DNA of 61,541 nucleotides from a virus (IMGVR_UViG_3300018481_000006:1-61541); one strand, 5' to 3'; counted from the stretch's first letter, positions 1 to 9,278 are shown. A program made the numbers and translations. Notes: generated by a model from the letters alone, not told the origin.

Positions 1-123
1 AGTCCTGAAAACTCGTCGATGCCATCCAGCCACGCGAGGAATCCGGTGTCGACGTTGATCTGTGCCCAGTCGGGCACCATCGTGGTCACCAGATCGATGA
101 AGTTCTGCCACTGAATCTCCGTA
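1..123. repeat. Terminal direct repeat (copy 1); circular assembly overlap
   Basis: 1-123 is identical to 61419-61541 and lies inside a continuous ORF, so the contig closes into a circle of 61418 bp. Confidence 0.95.
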
Positions 124-644
124 GCCGACTTCTTCAGGTCGGTAAGCTCGCCGCGAACCTGCGCCAACTCACGCTGCGTCGGACCGTTGGCTTGCGCCAT
201 CACTTCCTTCGCCGCGCGCCGCGCCATGTCCACCAGCGGCTCGCCGAACTCCTCGACTTCCTCCGGCTTGATGAATATCTCTGTTGGTACCTTGCTCTGT
301 ACGTCTTCGATCTGCTTGGTGAGCTTGCCGACCTGCTCGGTCAGCGTGCCCACCGTGTCCTTCAGTGTGCGGTTGTCTGCCGCCAGACGAGGAACTTCAG
401 CGTTGTATTTGCCGGTGAGAACCTTGTAGCGCGCCTCCCATGAGTCTTCCGGCGGTGTATCCGGCTTGGCCGGTTCCGCTGGAGCTTCAGGCGACGTCGG
501 TACTTGGATCGGTGCTGGAGGTTCCGCAAGCTGCTGCGGTGCGCCCTCCCCCGGCTTGCCGTACGTTTGCTCATGCAACTCTGTCGCACGCTGTTCTGCT
601 CTCTCGACTGCGCTAGGCAGTTTGTCGGTGATCGGAAGTGCCAT
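1..644 (-). CDS. Capsid scaffolding protein, 5' part (continues across the junction to 61115; 315 aa total)
   Basis: ATG at 644 (MALPITDKLPSAVERAEQRA...WEARYKVLTGKYNAEVPRL) stays in frame with 61115..61507 across the overlap; Pro-rich then coiled-coil; directly upstream of major capsid. Confidence 0.75.
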   Translation of the reverse strand, partial: MALPITDKLPSAVERAEQRATELHEQTYGKPGEGAPQQLAEPPAPIQVPTSPEAPAEPAKPDTPPEDSWEARYKVLTGKYNAEVPRLAADNRTLKDTVGTLTEQVGKLTKQIEDVQSKVPTEIFIKPEEVEEFGEPLVDMARRAAKEVMAQANGPTQRELAQVRGELTDLKKSATEIQWQNFIDLVTTMVPDWAQINVDTGFLAWLDGIDEFSG

Positions 645-724
645 GTCGTCTGCAAGCCTTTAGAAACATCGACCGCGAGCGGTGTCCCGTATTCGCGCCG
701 ACTCCAGAGGTGTTTGCCTCTACC

Positions 725-961
725 TTACGTACGCTTGCGATGAATGATCTCCATCGCGCCTGTGCTGGTGTCCAAGATCGAGCGCAGCGTCTGGATCGAG
801 CCTTGCAACCAACGGACCTGAATCTCGTCCTTGGCGATCAGCAAGGTCTTCGCGTCCTCGTCCACGCTTTGCTGCATCCACTCCTTCACGATCTGCCAGT
901 CTGGGTTGCCGTGCAGTGATGCAAGTGCTGACAACACACGTTGACTGGCGCGCTCCATCAA
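725..961 (-). CDS. Small head-module protein
   Basis: 78 aa, overlaps the upstream stop, lies between portal and scaffold genes. Confidence 0.6.
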   Translation of the reverse strand: MMERASQRVLSALASLHGNPDWQIVKEWMQQSVDEDAKTLLIAKDEIQVRWLQGSIQTLRSILDTSTGAMEIIHRKRT

Positions 962-2235
962 CCCTTCTTCTCTTCGTCGTCGCCTTCGCTGTAGACCTTC
1001 ATGCCCATCGACTTGTTGGCGAGCTTGGCGGCACCGCCCTTGATCGCCTTGCCGGCTCCGCTCAACGCGCTGTAGATGGCGTTGCCGGCAGGCCGCAGGT
1101 CGGTGAGCGCGGCGATCTTGCTACCGACGCCCTTGACCGACTCCCAATCGGCGTCGGCCTTGGCTTGGCGTGCCGCGTAACGCTCTTTCTCCGGATTGGA
1201 GACTTTCATGTTCGGGCCGAGGCTGCCCGGTGTGGGCATCGCCGGAACGTCGCTGCTCTTCCTGACCTTGTTGGGGTCTTCGCCACGTCCTGCCGCTGCC
1301 GCACGCTGGCTGCCATGCGCGGCGGTCGCGGCTGCACTGCCAATCGCCTGCAGCGCACCCTTGGTCCGCTCCTGCGCCTTTATGCGATCCACCCGATCCG
1401 GGTACTGATCGGCGAGAGCGGCAGCTTTGCCGGCAGCGGCCCCGGCCTTGGCGGCAGGGGTGACCGCAATCGACTTGGATGGTGCGTCCTCGCCGAAGTC
1501 CGGGTACTCGATAGCGGATACCGGTGTGGCCCGCATCGCGGAAGCGGCGTTCGCCAAGTCCTGATCGCTCTGTGACGGCGTCTGTGCAGCGGCGCTGGGC
1601 AGCGCAGCCTGCGCGCTCGCCAAGTCGGAATCGCCCTGACCCGGGGACGGCGCAGCCGCACGCTCTGCCGCCATCCTCTCCATCTTGTTGGCCTGCGCCA
1701 GTTTGGCCTGCTCGTCCTGCACCCAACTCGACGAGCTTTCGCCCTCGATGCCACCGTCGGCGAACTTCTTGACCTTGCCGCCGTTGGCGAAAGGCTTGGG
1801 CTTGGCAGTGATCTTGACCGCGACCGCCTTCGGCTTGGCCTTGCCACCGTTGGCGAACTTCATCTGGGCCTTGAACTTGGCTTCCTGATCGGCCTTCTTG
1901 GTTGCCTGCGACTCGGCGGTAGGAGCCTCGTACTGCTTGGTCTTGTAGGTAGCAGCGTGCGTGTCGGCGGTCTTCATCGCCTCGTCGCCAACCTGCCGCG
2001 CCCTCTTGACCTCCGCATCGCTCACACCACCGCCGTCGGCGAAGCCGTTCTTCCACAGATTGTGGGTGCCGGCCTCCTTGCTGGGGCCGCTCTTGCTGTA
2101 GCTGACCCGCCCCTCGGACCCGCCCGGACCCTTGATCACCACGCCAGAGGCGATGCCGGTGGTAACCATGCCGCCGTTGGCGAACTTTCTGGCCGACGCG
2201 GAGTAGGCCGCGTCCTTCTTGCAGTCACGGTTCAT
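958..2235 (-). CDS. Ala/Lys-rich putative virion protein with five FA[ND]GG motifs
   Basis: 425 aa; FANGG x3 and FADGG x2; head-module location. Confidence 0.65.
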   Translation of the reverse strand: MNRDCKKDAAYSASARKFANGGMVTTGIASGVVIKGPGGSEGRVSYSKSGPSKEAGTHNLWKNGFADGGGVSDAEVKRARQVGDEAMKTADTHAATYKTKQYEAPTAESQATKKADQEAKFKAQMKFANGGKAKPKAVAVKITAKPKPFANGGKVKKFADGGIEGESSSSWVQDEQAKLAQANKMERMAAERAAAPSPGQGDSDLASAQAALPSAAAQTPSQSDQDLANAASAMRATPVSAIEYPDFGEDAPSKSIAVTPAAKAGAAAGKAAALADQYPDRVDRIKAQERTKGALQAIGSAAATAAHGSQRAAAAGRGEDPNKVRKSSDVPAMPTPGSLGPNMKVSNPEKERYAARQAKADADWESVKGVGSKIAALTDLRPAGNAIYSALSGAGKAIKGGAAKLANKSMGMKVYSEGDDEEKKG

Positions 2236-2237
2236 GG

Positions 2238-2459
2238 TTACGCCTTCTTGGCCTTCTTGGTTTCCTTGATCAGGCTCGGGTCGAAACGCATCTTGTGGGG
2301 TGCGCTGACCACCTTGGCCGACTTGCCCTTCGGGCCGAAATCCTTGTGAACCACGCCGATGGCGGCCCCCGCAGGGGGATGGCCCTTCTGGCTGAAGGCA
2401 CCGAGTTTGTGGCCGCCCTTGCCTTCATCCTTGGATACGGCCTTGATCTTGGTCGGCAT
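2238..2459 (-). CDS. Small Lys-rich basic protein
   Basis: MPTKIKAVSK..., GAGGAG RBS upstream. Confidence 0.6.
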   Translation of the reverse strand: MPTKIKAVSKDEGKGGHKLGAFSQKGHPPAGAAIGVVHKDFGPKGKSAKVVSAPHKMRFDPSLIKETKKAKKA

Positions 2460-2470
2460 CGCTACTCTCC

Positions 2471-4558
2471 TCACGGGGCAGGCACGGCCTGCGGTTGTTG
2501 CGGTGCCGCTTGCGGCGGCGCGGGGGCTTGCGGCTGTTGCGGTGCTGCGCCGGGAACCGGTGCCGGCCCGCCCATCTGTGGCGGTGGCGGCTGCCCGGGC
2601 GGCACTTCCGGCGGACCCATGTCCGGCGGTCCCGGCGGTTGCTCGCCGGTGGCCTGCATCGGGTTCGGCTTCGGCTCCGGCACCAGCTTGTCGGTGTCCA
2701 TCTGTAAGGTCCGGGCGATGTCCTTGAGCAGGTACCTGCGTCCATCGATGCCCATGATCTGTAGATCGATGGGGTTGGCGGTCTGGGCCAAGAACTCGCG
2801 CTTGTTGTTGGCCTGCTGCTCTCTGGAGATGAGGCCCATCGCGCCCCGGGTATTGACGCGGAAGTCGCCCTTCAGCATCGGGTCCGGGTCGAAGATCATG
2901 TTGTGGATGTACAGACGGCTGACGATGCCGTCGATTGCCATGTCAATGTTGGCAATCGCCTGCTTGATGCCCTTGGAGGCGTTGTCCATGAGCATCGACA
3001 GACCGCTTGCCGTCCGCCCCGCCCCGCCTACAGAGGACGAGCCGTACACGTAGTTGGGGATGCCGGTGATCTCGTCGGCCTGCTTGGAAAACTGCATGTA
3101 GATGCCCATCAACTCGGCGGCGTTGGAGGGCGGCTGGAAGAAATTCACGCCCCGCTGTCCGCCGCCGGTCTTGTCCGAGGTGACCTGCCAGACCTTCCAC
3201 GGGAAGATCGAGGTCACGTCCTCGCCGTCGGGGAGGCGGTCGACCACCACCTCGACCTGCGGCCCCGACGAGATCGCCATGTTGTTCGCCAACGCTCTGG
3301 CTGCCGCGTTACAGACCGCCTGAATGTCGCGCATCAACTCCGGCAGCGCCCCGCCCCAGAAAGCTCCGGGAATGCGCTGCCAGCACGACGTGCTGTACGG
3401 GCGGGCACCCAGCGGGTGCGGGTTGATGACCGCCTTGAGGACGTGCGGCCCGATCCACCACGCATTGATTTCGTAGGGCTTTTCCTTCTCCAGATCGCCC
3501 TTGTGACCCCACTCCTTGAGCATCCTTCCGGGCACCGTGCCCCAGAACTCCAAGACGTCAAGCTCTTCGCTCTGGAAGGTGAGATTCTTGCCCTCCATGT
3601 TGTCGCGCTGGGTGTCTCCAGACAGCCAGTTCTTGTAGCCCTTCGGGTAAGCCTCCAGCGCGGCGGTGATCTGCTTGTTGTTGTAGCCGGGGACGCCGAG
3701 CATGTTGTACAGAGCGGTCGACAGCAGACGATGACGCTCGATCAGGTAGCCGTCGTTCGGCCCGGTGGAACCGGGGGACGGGTAGATGTCGTAGGGGCTG
3801 ACCCGGCTGAAGCTCTGTAACAGATCGTTGACCTGCACCGGCTGGTGGTTCGGTCCCCACGTCATCCTCGGCTTCCGCTTGACCACCGGACCCTTGATGA
3901 TCGCCGTCGGGTAGGTCACGAAGTCGTTGACGAAGTCGAAGAACGCCTCCTCGTAGCCGCCCTCTCTTAGCTGGTCGCGCATCTTGCCTTCCATGCGCGA
4001 CGCCGACTTGTCCGCCCCCTCGCGCAGCATGTACAGAGCGCGGTCGTGAATGTCGGACAGCCGCCGGGAAACGTCCTGCGGCAACAGCATCCCGCCCTCT
4101 TGCACCGCCTTGATCGCCTCCAGACGCACCTGATCGATGATCTGCGACTTCATCTCGGGCGGAAGCTCGGGGTTCTGTGCCGGATCGAGGTCGAACACGT
4201 CGGTGCCGGCAGAGGCCAGCACGTCCTTGATCCAAGACTCTGCCGCCCGACACTTGACGTCGGTGAGCATCATGTAGATGTCGGAGCCGCCGGTCTTGCG
4301 GATGTCGGCTTCCTTGCTCGGGTCGTAGACGCCGCGTCGTTGCCGCTGGCAGGTCAACAGACGCTCTTGGACGCCGGAGTTCTTCTCGTTCTTGGCCCGT
4401 TCCCAACAGATGTTGAGGTGCTTACTGAGTTCGCTCTGGAACAGCGAGTCGGGACCGCTGTGGCCGATGTTCTTGGCGTTGACGGTGATCTCGGTGTCCG
4501 GGGCCGGTCTATCGAGATAGACCACCTCTGCCGACTTGCTGGGCGATTGGTTGATCAT
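2471..4558 (-). CDS. Portal protein
   Basis: ~695 aa immediately downstream of terL; portal-like segments (RVSPYDIYPSP, DEITGIPNYVYG, GRTASGLSMLM); Pro/Gln-rich tail. Start placed at MINQSP (the ORF track start at 4642 overlaps terL). Confidence 0.85.
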   Translation of the reverse strand: MINQSPSKSAEVVYLDRPAPDTEITVNAKNIGHSGPDSLFQSELSKHLNICWERAKNEKNSGVQERLLTCQRQRRGVYDPSKEADIRKTGGSDIYMMLTDVKCRAAESWIKDVLASAGTDVFDLDPAQNPELPPEMKSQIIDQVRLEAIKAVQEGGMLLPQDVSRRLSDIHDRALYMLREGADKSASRMEGKMRDQLREGGYEEAFFDFVNDFVTYPTAIIKGPVVKRKPRMTWGPNHQPVQVNDLLQSFSRVSPYDIYPSPGSTGPNDGYLIERHRLLSTALYNMLGVPGYNNKQITAALEAYPKGYKNWLSGDTQRDNMEGKNLTFQSEELDVLEFWGTVPGRMLKEWGHKGDLEKEKPYEINAWWIGPHVLKAVINPHPLGARPYSTSCWQRIPGAFWGGALPELMRDIQAVCNAAARALANNMAISSGPQVEVVVDRLPDGEDVTSIFPWKVWQVTSDKTGGGQRGVNFFQPPSNAAELMGIYMQFSKQADEITGIPNYVYGSSSVGGAGRTASGLSMLMDNASKGIKQAIANIDMAIDGIVSRLYIHNMIFDPDPMLKGDFRVNTRGAMGLISREQQANNKREFLAQTANPIDLQIMGIDGRRYLLKDIARTLQMDTDKLVPEPKPNPMQATGEQPPGPPDMGPPEVPPGQPPPPQMGGPAPVPGAAPQQPQAPAPPQAAPQQPQAVPAP

Positions 4559-4563
4559 CGTGG

Positions 4564-6054
4564 TCAAGTCCAGCCGGACACGCTCTTTTGCGTTACCGCA
4601 CGCGCGCGGATCGGGTTCATCGCTGCCCTGATCCGCATACACAGGTACTGCAGGCCGTCATGCGGGTGGCTGTACTCGTCCTTCAGCGGACGGTCCTTGT
4701 AGCGTTCGCCAGCCGCCCTGACCCGCTCGTAGCGGTACTTGCCGTTGAAGCCCTTACGAAGCTGGGTGCAGGACGGGTCCAAGAGGAACCCGGGCTGCCC
4801 TTCCGAGAGTTGAGTCAGGAAGTAGGCGACCGCCTCGCGTCTCTGGATGAAGTCGTTGGTGGCGGCAGTCTCGGTGTACAAACCGGCCTCCAAGAGTTCC
4901 TGCACGCAGGTCTTTTCGTCGATCTGTGAACGCACATTGCCTGCCGGGTCACACACCGACTCGATCTTGGTGTACGGGAAGGCGTTGACCAACGCCGGCT
5001 TGACGATGACCCGCGCGAACTGGCGGATGCCCATGTCGTCGGCGACGTATTCGCGAAGAATCTGTAGCTGGCCCTTGGGGGTGATCTGGCCGACCACGCA
5101 GGCCGGGGTCAGCCCGAAATCCCAGCCCAAGAACAGCCGGGAGCCGGTGATGTAGGTGAGCGGCTTCTTCGCCACATGCACAGAGTCGTCCCACTCCGGA
5201 TACACCGGCTTGCCGTCCGCCGTCGTCCCGTACTGGCCGAGCAGGAACACGTTGATCCAGTCCTGATTCTTGCCCGGAATCTGGTTCAGCCAGTACTGGT
5301 AGCCGTTGCTGATGTTCTGTACGTTTTCGGCTGCAGGATTCGGCGCGTAGTCCTCGACGTCGGCCTCATTATCCAAGCGCAACAGTTGTTGACGGTCCTT
5401 GGGTTTCTTGATTAGCGCCCCGGGCTGGCGGAAGAAATGCCAGTCGGCGGGGGTTCTCTCCTCGGCGAAGTGGTAGTACCAGTGATCGTCGTCCGGCGGA
5501 TTGGTGTCGAGGATCACCCCGGTATCGACCGGCCCGCCCCAAATCTTCGGCGGGTATCTGCCGACCCGCTGGGTGAGCATGTCGAAGACCTCTTTCGGCA
5601 CCTCGGAACACTCGTTGATCCACGCCCCGGTCAGTTCCAGCGAGCGCAGCTTGCCGGTGTCCTCGGGAGAGTCGAGGGCGATGAACAGAACCTCCAAATC
5701 AAGGGCGGTCCCGTCGCCGATGTTGGGCAACGATAACCGGGAGGAAATCGGTGAATCCCACTTCATGGGCGCGATGTTGTCCGGGAACCACATCTGCCAC
5801 GTCTTGATGGTGGTCGACTTCAACTCCGGGAAGGTGTTGCGGATCACCGCCCACCTTGAGTTGCGGGTGCCACGGTGCGGCGTCTGCCGCAATGCGTGAT
5901 GCACGATCTCCACGCAGCAACTGGACGACTTGCCGGAGCCGACCGGACCCATCAGTCCCCTGACGAAGCCCCGCGCCTGATGGAACTTGGCCGCTTCCGG
6001 TCCCGGGGGCCGGTAGTCGACCGTCTCCTGCTTTCTGGCGTCGAGCGGCATCAC
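4564..6054 (-). CDS. terL: Terminase large subunit
   Basis: Walker A GPVGSGKS, Walker B-like AWINE, nuclease motifs LGWDFG and SHPHDGLQY. Confidence 0.95.
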   Translation of the reverse strand: MMPLDARKQETVDYRPPGPEAAKFHQARGFVRGLMGPVGSGKSSSCCVEIVHHALRQTPHRGTRNSRWAVIRNTFPELKSTTIKTWQMWFPDNIAPMKWDSPISSRLSLPNIGDGTALDLEVLFIALDSPEDTGKLRSLELTGAWINECSEVPKEVFDMLTQRVGRYPPKIWGGPVDTGVILDTNPPDDDHWYYHFAEERTPADWHFFRQPGALIKKPKDRQQLLRLDNEADVEDYAPNPAAENVQNISNGYQYWLNQIPGKNQDWINVFLLGQYGTTADGKPVYPEWDDSVHVAKKPLTYITGSRLFLGWDFGLTPACVVGQITPKGQLQILREYVADDMGIRQFARVIVKPALVNAFPYTKIESVCDPAGNVRSQIDEKTCVQELLEAGLYTETAATNDFIQRREAVAYFLTQLSEGQPGFLLDPSCTQLRKGFNGKYRYERVRAAGERYKDRPLKDEYSHPHDGLQYLCMRIRAAMNPIRARAVTQKSVSGWT

Positions 6055-6374
6055 TCGGCCTCTATCGCGGGCAGGGCCGGCGGGTCCATCTTGAAGTTGA
6101 AGATGACCGGGGTGAAGTTGATCTCGGTCTTGGCGCTGATCAGGTCGGGCAGGGTCTTCCTCAACAGCAGGGTGGCGGCGTCCAGTTGCGACGGCGTCAT
6201 CTTGATCTTGCCGAAGGCGTGACCTTGGACTCTGTCGATCAGCTTGGAGGTGTCGATGCGCAGCCGACAGACCTCCATGCGCCGCCTCTGTACCTCGGGC
6301 AGCAACTCATTCTGGTCGGTGGGCGTCCGCACCGCAGGCTTGCGCTTGACCGTGAGTGCCCGCTTCGCCGTCAT
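6051..6374 (-). CDS. terS: Terminase small subunit
   Basis: 107 aa overlapping the terL start; MTPSQLDAATLLLRKTLPDL helical motif. Confidence 0.7.
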   Translation of the reverse strand: MTAKRALTVKRKPAVRTPTDQNELLPEVQRRRMEVCRLRIDTSKLIDRVQGHAFGKIKMTPSQLDAATLLLRKTLPDLISAKTEINFTPVIFNFKMDPPALPAIEAE

Positions 6375-6382
6375 GGACGGGA

Positions 6383-6411
6383 AGCATAGGAGGGTGCGCT
6401 CTGTAAGACAA
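6383..6411 (-). promoter_or_regulatory. Candidate sigma70-type promoter for terS (TTGTCT-N17-TATGCT), near-leaderless
   Basis: -35 at 6411-6406, -10 at 6388-6383, ATG 8 nt downstream with no SD; overlapped by inverted repeat GCTCTGTAAG/CTTACAGAGC. Confidence 0.55.
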
Positions 6412-6577
6412 GGGCTTACAGAGCTTTATTACGGACCTTATTACGGACGTGGGCTGGGTGGGGCTGAGAGATTACTCGTGTGGGCAGTCGAGTAATCCGC
6501 TCTGTAACAGAGCAGTGCAGCACCGCTAGGCTGGCGAGCAGCCTAGCGGTGAACACTCCTCCTGTCAACCTACAGAA

Positions 6578-6811
6578 CTACGGTTTTGCAGAGGGCTGGG
6601 TGGAAGGGGAAGGGGTGAACCTCCGGGGGCGGACGTACTTGATGCGGTTGCGCCACTGCTTGACCAAGATCACCCGGACGATGGTGATGGTCGGATTCTG
6701 TGGCTGGTAGCGTGGCACCGGATGCAGCAACTCCCCGTTCGGCCTGAACACGCAATCCTGATGCTTGAAGTGCCGCTGATGGCAGCGGTAGCAGTGCGGC
6801 GGCGGCTTCAC
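6578..6811 (-). CDS. Hypothetical protein (CxxC)
   Basis: 77 aa, overlaps the upstream stop. Confidence 0.45.
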   Translation of the reverse strand: MKPPPHCYRCHQRHFKHQDCVFRPNGELLHPVPRYQPQNPTITIVRVILVKQWRNRIKYVRPRRFTPSPSTQPSAKP

Positions 6812-7191
6812 TTCTTCGCGTCTCGCTTCGCCAGCGCCCTTCTCTCCTTCATGTACTCGCGCTGTCGCTCGTTGTACTTGTCCCGGCTGCCGCGACGTGT
6901 AGCCAACGTCTCGGACGACCTGACCATCTCGGGCTGGCCTTCTGGTGCGGTGACCACGGTCTTGGTTTCCTCGACAGAGCGTGGCTGTCTCGGGCGACCG
7001 GGGGCAGTTTCCTTAAGCCCCCCGGGTACCCTCACCTCGACCTTCGCCTCGGGCGGCAAAACACTCTGTGCCCCAAGCCTTGCCTTCTGTTCTCCCACAG
7101 TCGCTCCCTTATCGGTGAGGTCGACCTTGAAGACGTGAGGCTCGTTGCTCCAGTGCTTCACCTTGCACAGCCTACATAGGGGGGCGTCCAT
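6808..7191 (-). CDS. Hypothetical protein (N-terminal CxxC-x3-H, basic C-terminal helix)
   Basis: GGAGG RBS; CRLCKVKHW; YNERQREYMKERR. Confidence 0.65.
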   Translation of the reverse strand: MDAPLCRLCKVKHWSNEPHVFKVDLTDKGATVGEQKARLGAQSVLPPEAKVEVRVPGGLKETAPGRPRQPRSVEETKTVVTAPEGQPEMVRSSETLATRRGSRDKYNERQREYMKERRALAKRDAKK

Positions 7192-7299
7192 GTTCCTCCG
7201 TAGCTAACGTAGCTAACGTACTCTGTTAGCCACCTGTTAGCTACCGTTTTACTGCGCCGACGTGCGTGTGGGGGACATACGTTGAGGCTCAAGCCCACC

Positions 7300-7317
7300 C
7301 CGGGGGGTACCCCCCGG
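7300..7317. repeat. Perfect 18-bp palindrome CCGGGGGGTACCCCCCGG
   Basis: Seen directly in the non-coding gap between the divergent late and early arms. Confidence 0.85.
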
Positions 7318-7858
7318 TCCATACGCTCGTTCGCGGAGGCGCAGTTCTGTGCGCGTATGTACGCACCCACCCCCACCCATACGTAACGTGCGCAACTCTG
7401 TGCAGCGTAGGTAAGTCCTTGATTCGTAAGGGTAACGTACAGAGGTGCGGCCACATGATGATAGGTGCGCTCTGTACTAGGGGCGGTGACGCGGGACGCT
7501 CTGTAGCAAGGCGAAGCGGTGCGAGAGTTGCGCGAGAGTGCGACGTGTTTCCCCTATGACGGGACGAGTCACGCGTCTACGTACGTGACTCTCGGCACAG
7601 AGCGGTGATCGTCGTATTCGTACGTGGAGTCATAGGGTTACGTACTCGCGGGACAGGAGACGTAGAGCGTACCGGTGACCGGACGCTATCGCGTCCCACT
7701 TGGCGCTTCCACTCTGATCCAGCGTCTCTGGTAGGCCACTTACAGAGTGAGAGCCACGTTTCACCCATAGACGGCTAGCAGGAGAATACTTTCGCGGCGA
7801 GGAGGGCGAAGTAACTCGTTGACCGAGCGAACGATTCCCCTATGAAAACTAGCTCGAT

Positions 7859-7888
7859 TTGACAACAGTCGACGCGTTCCGGCAAAGT
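7859..7888 (+). promoter_or_regulatory. Candidate early promoter (TTGACA; weak -10)
   Basis: Perfect -35 at 7859-7864 just upstream of the hairpin array; -10 (CAAAGT) is poor. Confidence 0.4.
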
Positions 7889-7896
7889 TCATCTCG

Positions 7897-8179
7897 TCGA
7901 CGGGGCGAAACCCCGCCGATTCCGGTCCTCCTGACTCAGCCCTAGCGGCGAGTCATACGAAGGAGGCAGAGCGCGACGTTGTTGCCACGTCGGTCCGGAT
8001 CACCTCTGTAGCGTCTAGCAATCGCTGCAGAGCGCGTAGGGATTCCCAACCCCTATGCGGCACAGAGGCAAAGCCGCCTGCAGCGGACCTCTGTGCAAGG
8101 GACAGTCGTCCCACATGCGTTCCCCCATCCCCGGGAGCGCATGTGAGACGGCTTTCGCCGTCTCCCGCCTGCAAGCGGG
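7897..8179 (+). ncRNA. Putative highly structured leader or ncRNA (about 9 consecutive stem-loops)
   Basis: Back-to-back inverted repeats with G-U pairs that favour the + strand; no credible ORF. Confidence 0.55.
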
Positions 8180-8203
8180 CACCCGCAACTCTGGAGCCAC
8201 CCA

Positions 8204-8419
8204 ATGAACAAGCAACCCATCCTCTCGTCCGTCGTCATGTCGTTCGCCGCCGCCGACTACGGTGTCGACGCAGTGATCGTCGCCACGCCCGTCGGCTTCG
8301 CCGCATCCTTCACCGAGGACGGCGCGACGTTCTCGCTGGGCACGTACGCCGTCTACGACGACGCGTTCGATGCCGTCGACGCGATCATCGGCTTCGACGA
8401 CGACACCTTCGCCCGCTAG
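8204..8419 (+). CDS. Small acidic early protein
   Basis: GGAGCCAC RBS; 71 aa, Asp-rich C-terminus. Confidence 0.7.
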   Translation: MNKQPILSSVVMSFAAADYGVDAVIVATPVGFAASFTEDGATFSLGTYAVYDDAFDAVDAIIGFDDDTFAR

Positions 8420-8477
8420 GGCCAAACCCGCAGCCCCGGGCACTCCCGCCCGGGGCGCACGCAACTCTGGAGCCACG

Positions 8478-8723
8478 ATGGAAAATCTCGCCCGTATCCC
8501 CACGCATCTCTCCGCTGCCCCTACAGACCAAGGCTGGAAGCTCGTTGCTTGGCACACGTCGCTGGACATAGCGGCCTACGTCACCGGCGGCGCGTTCCCC
8601 TGCGAGGTGCTGCACATCAGCGGCATTGCCTACGCTGACGCCTACGCTGTGCAAACCGTCGTCACCCTCTGTGGCATGGGCAAGCGCGAAGCCTGCCGCT
8701 ATATCGCCAAGACCTACCGCTAG
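8478..8723 (+). CDS. Hypothetical early protein
   Basis: GGAGCCAC RBS before MENLARIP. Confidence 0.65.
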   Translation: MENLARIPTHLSAAPTDQGWKLVAWHTSLDIAAYVTGGAFPCEVLHISGIAYADAYAVQTVVTLCGMGKREACRYIAKTYR

Positions 8724-8851
8724 CAGCAGTGCCGTGCCGGTTGCCTCACTGGAGGCATCCGAGACTGCACCGCAGTCCCGCAGGCTCACGCTATGAGCCT
8801 GCCTTCCCCCAAGCTCGCCGTGATAGGCGGGCGCAACAGAGGAGCCACACT

Positions 8852-9253
8852 ATGGAAACCGTCCAGCATGGTCTGCCCGAGATGGCAGCCGACCCGCACT
8901 ACACCGTAGAACCATGCGACTTTGGCAGCGGAGAAATCCACGTCGTCGCCAACTGGCGGACTGTGCGAGGGATGCGAATCGCGCTTGCCATGCAGACGTT
9001 CCCTCCGGGCTGCGAAGCAGAAGCGCAGGAAGCCTGCGACGCGCTGAACGATGCCGCTCTGGAAGCGATCAACGCCGAGCTTGCCAATCTCGGCGAGCAA
9101 CACGCACTGGAGGCACGCTGTGCCTTCGTGGAGTGCCCGCAGTGCGACGGCATTGGCGGCGAGTTCTTCGACGAAGGCGACGGTCGTGGCCCCTGCGGGC
9201 ATGGGTGCTACCGCTGCGCCGGTTCGGGCAAAGTGCCCCGCAACGATCCCTAA
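8852..9253 (+). CDS. Early protein with DnaJ-type CxxCxGxG zinc finger
   Basis: AGGAGCCAC RBS; CPQCDGIG...CYRCAGSG. Confidence 0.7.
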   Translation: METVQHGLPEMAADPHYTVEPCDFGSGEIHVVANWRTVRGMRIALAMQTFPPGCEAEAQEACDALNDAALEAINAELANLGEQHALEARCAFVECPQCDGIGGEFFDEGDGRGPCGHGCYRCAGSGKVPRNDP

Positions 9254-9278
9254 CCCAACCCTACAGAGGAGCAACACT

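Noticed and set aside
1-123. 123-bp terminal repeat as a biological DTR
   Set aside because: It falls in the middle of the scaffold ORF, which fits an assembler circularisation overlap better
7921-7999. Hammerhead ribozyme or tRNA in the multibranch element
   Set aside because: No CUGAnGA/GAAA core, and no T-loop (TTCGA) or cloverleaf spacing
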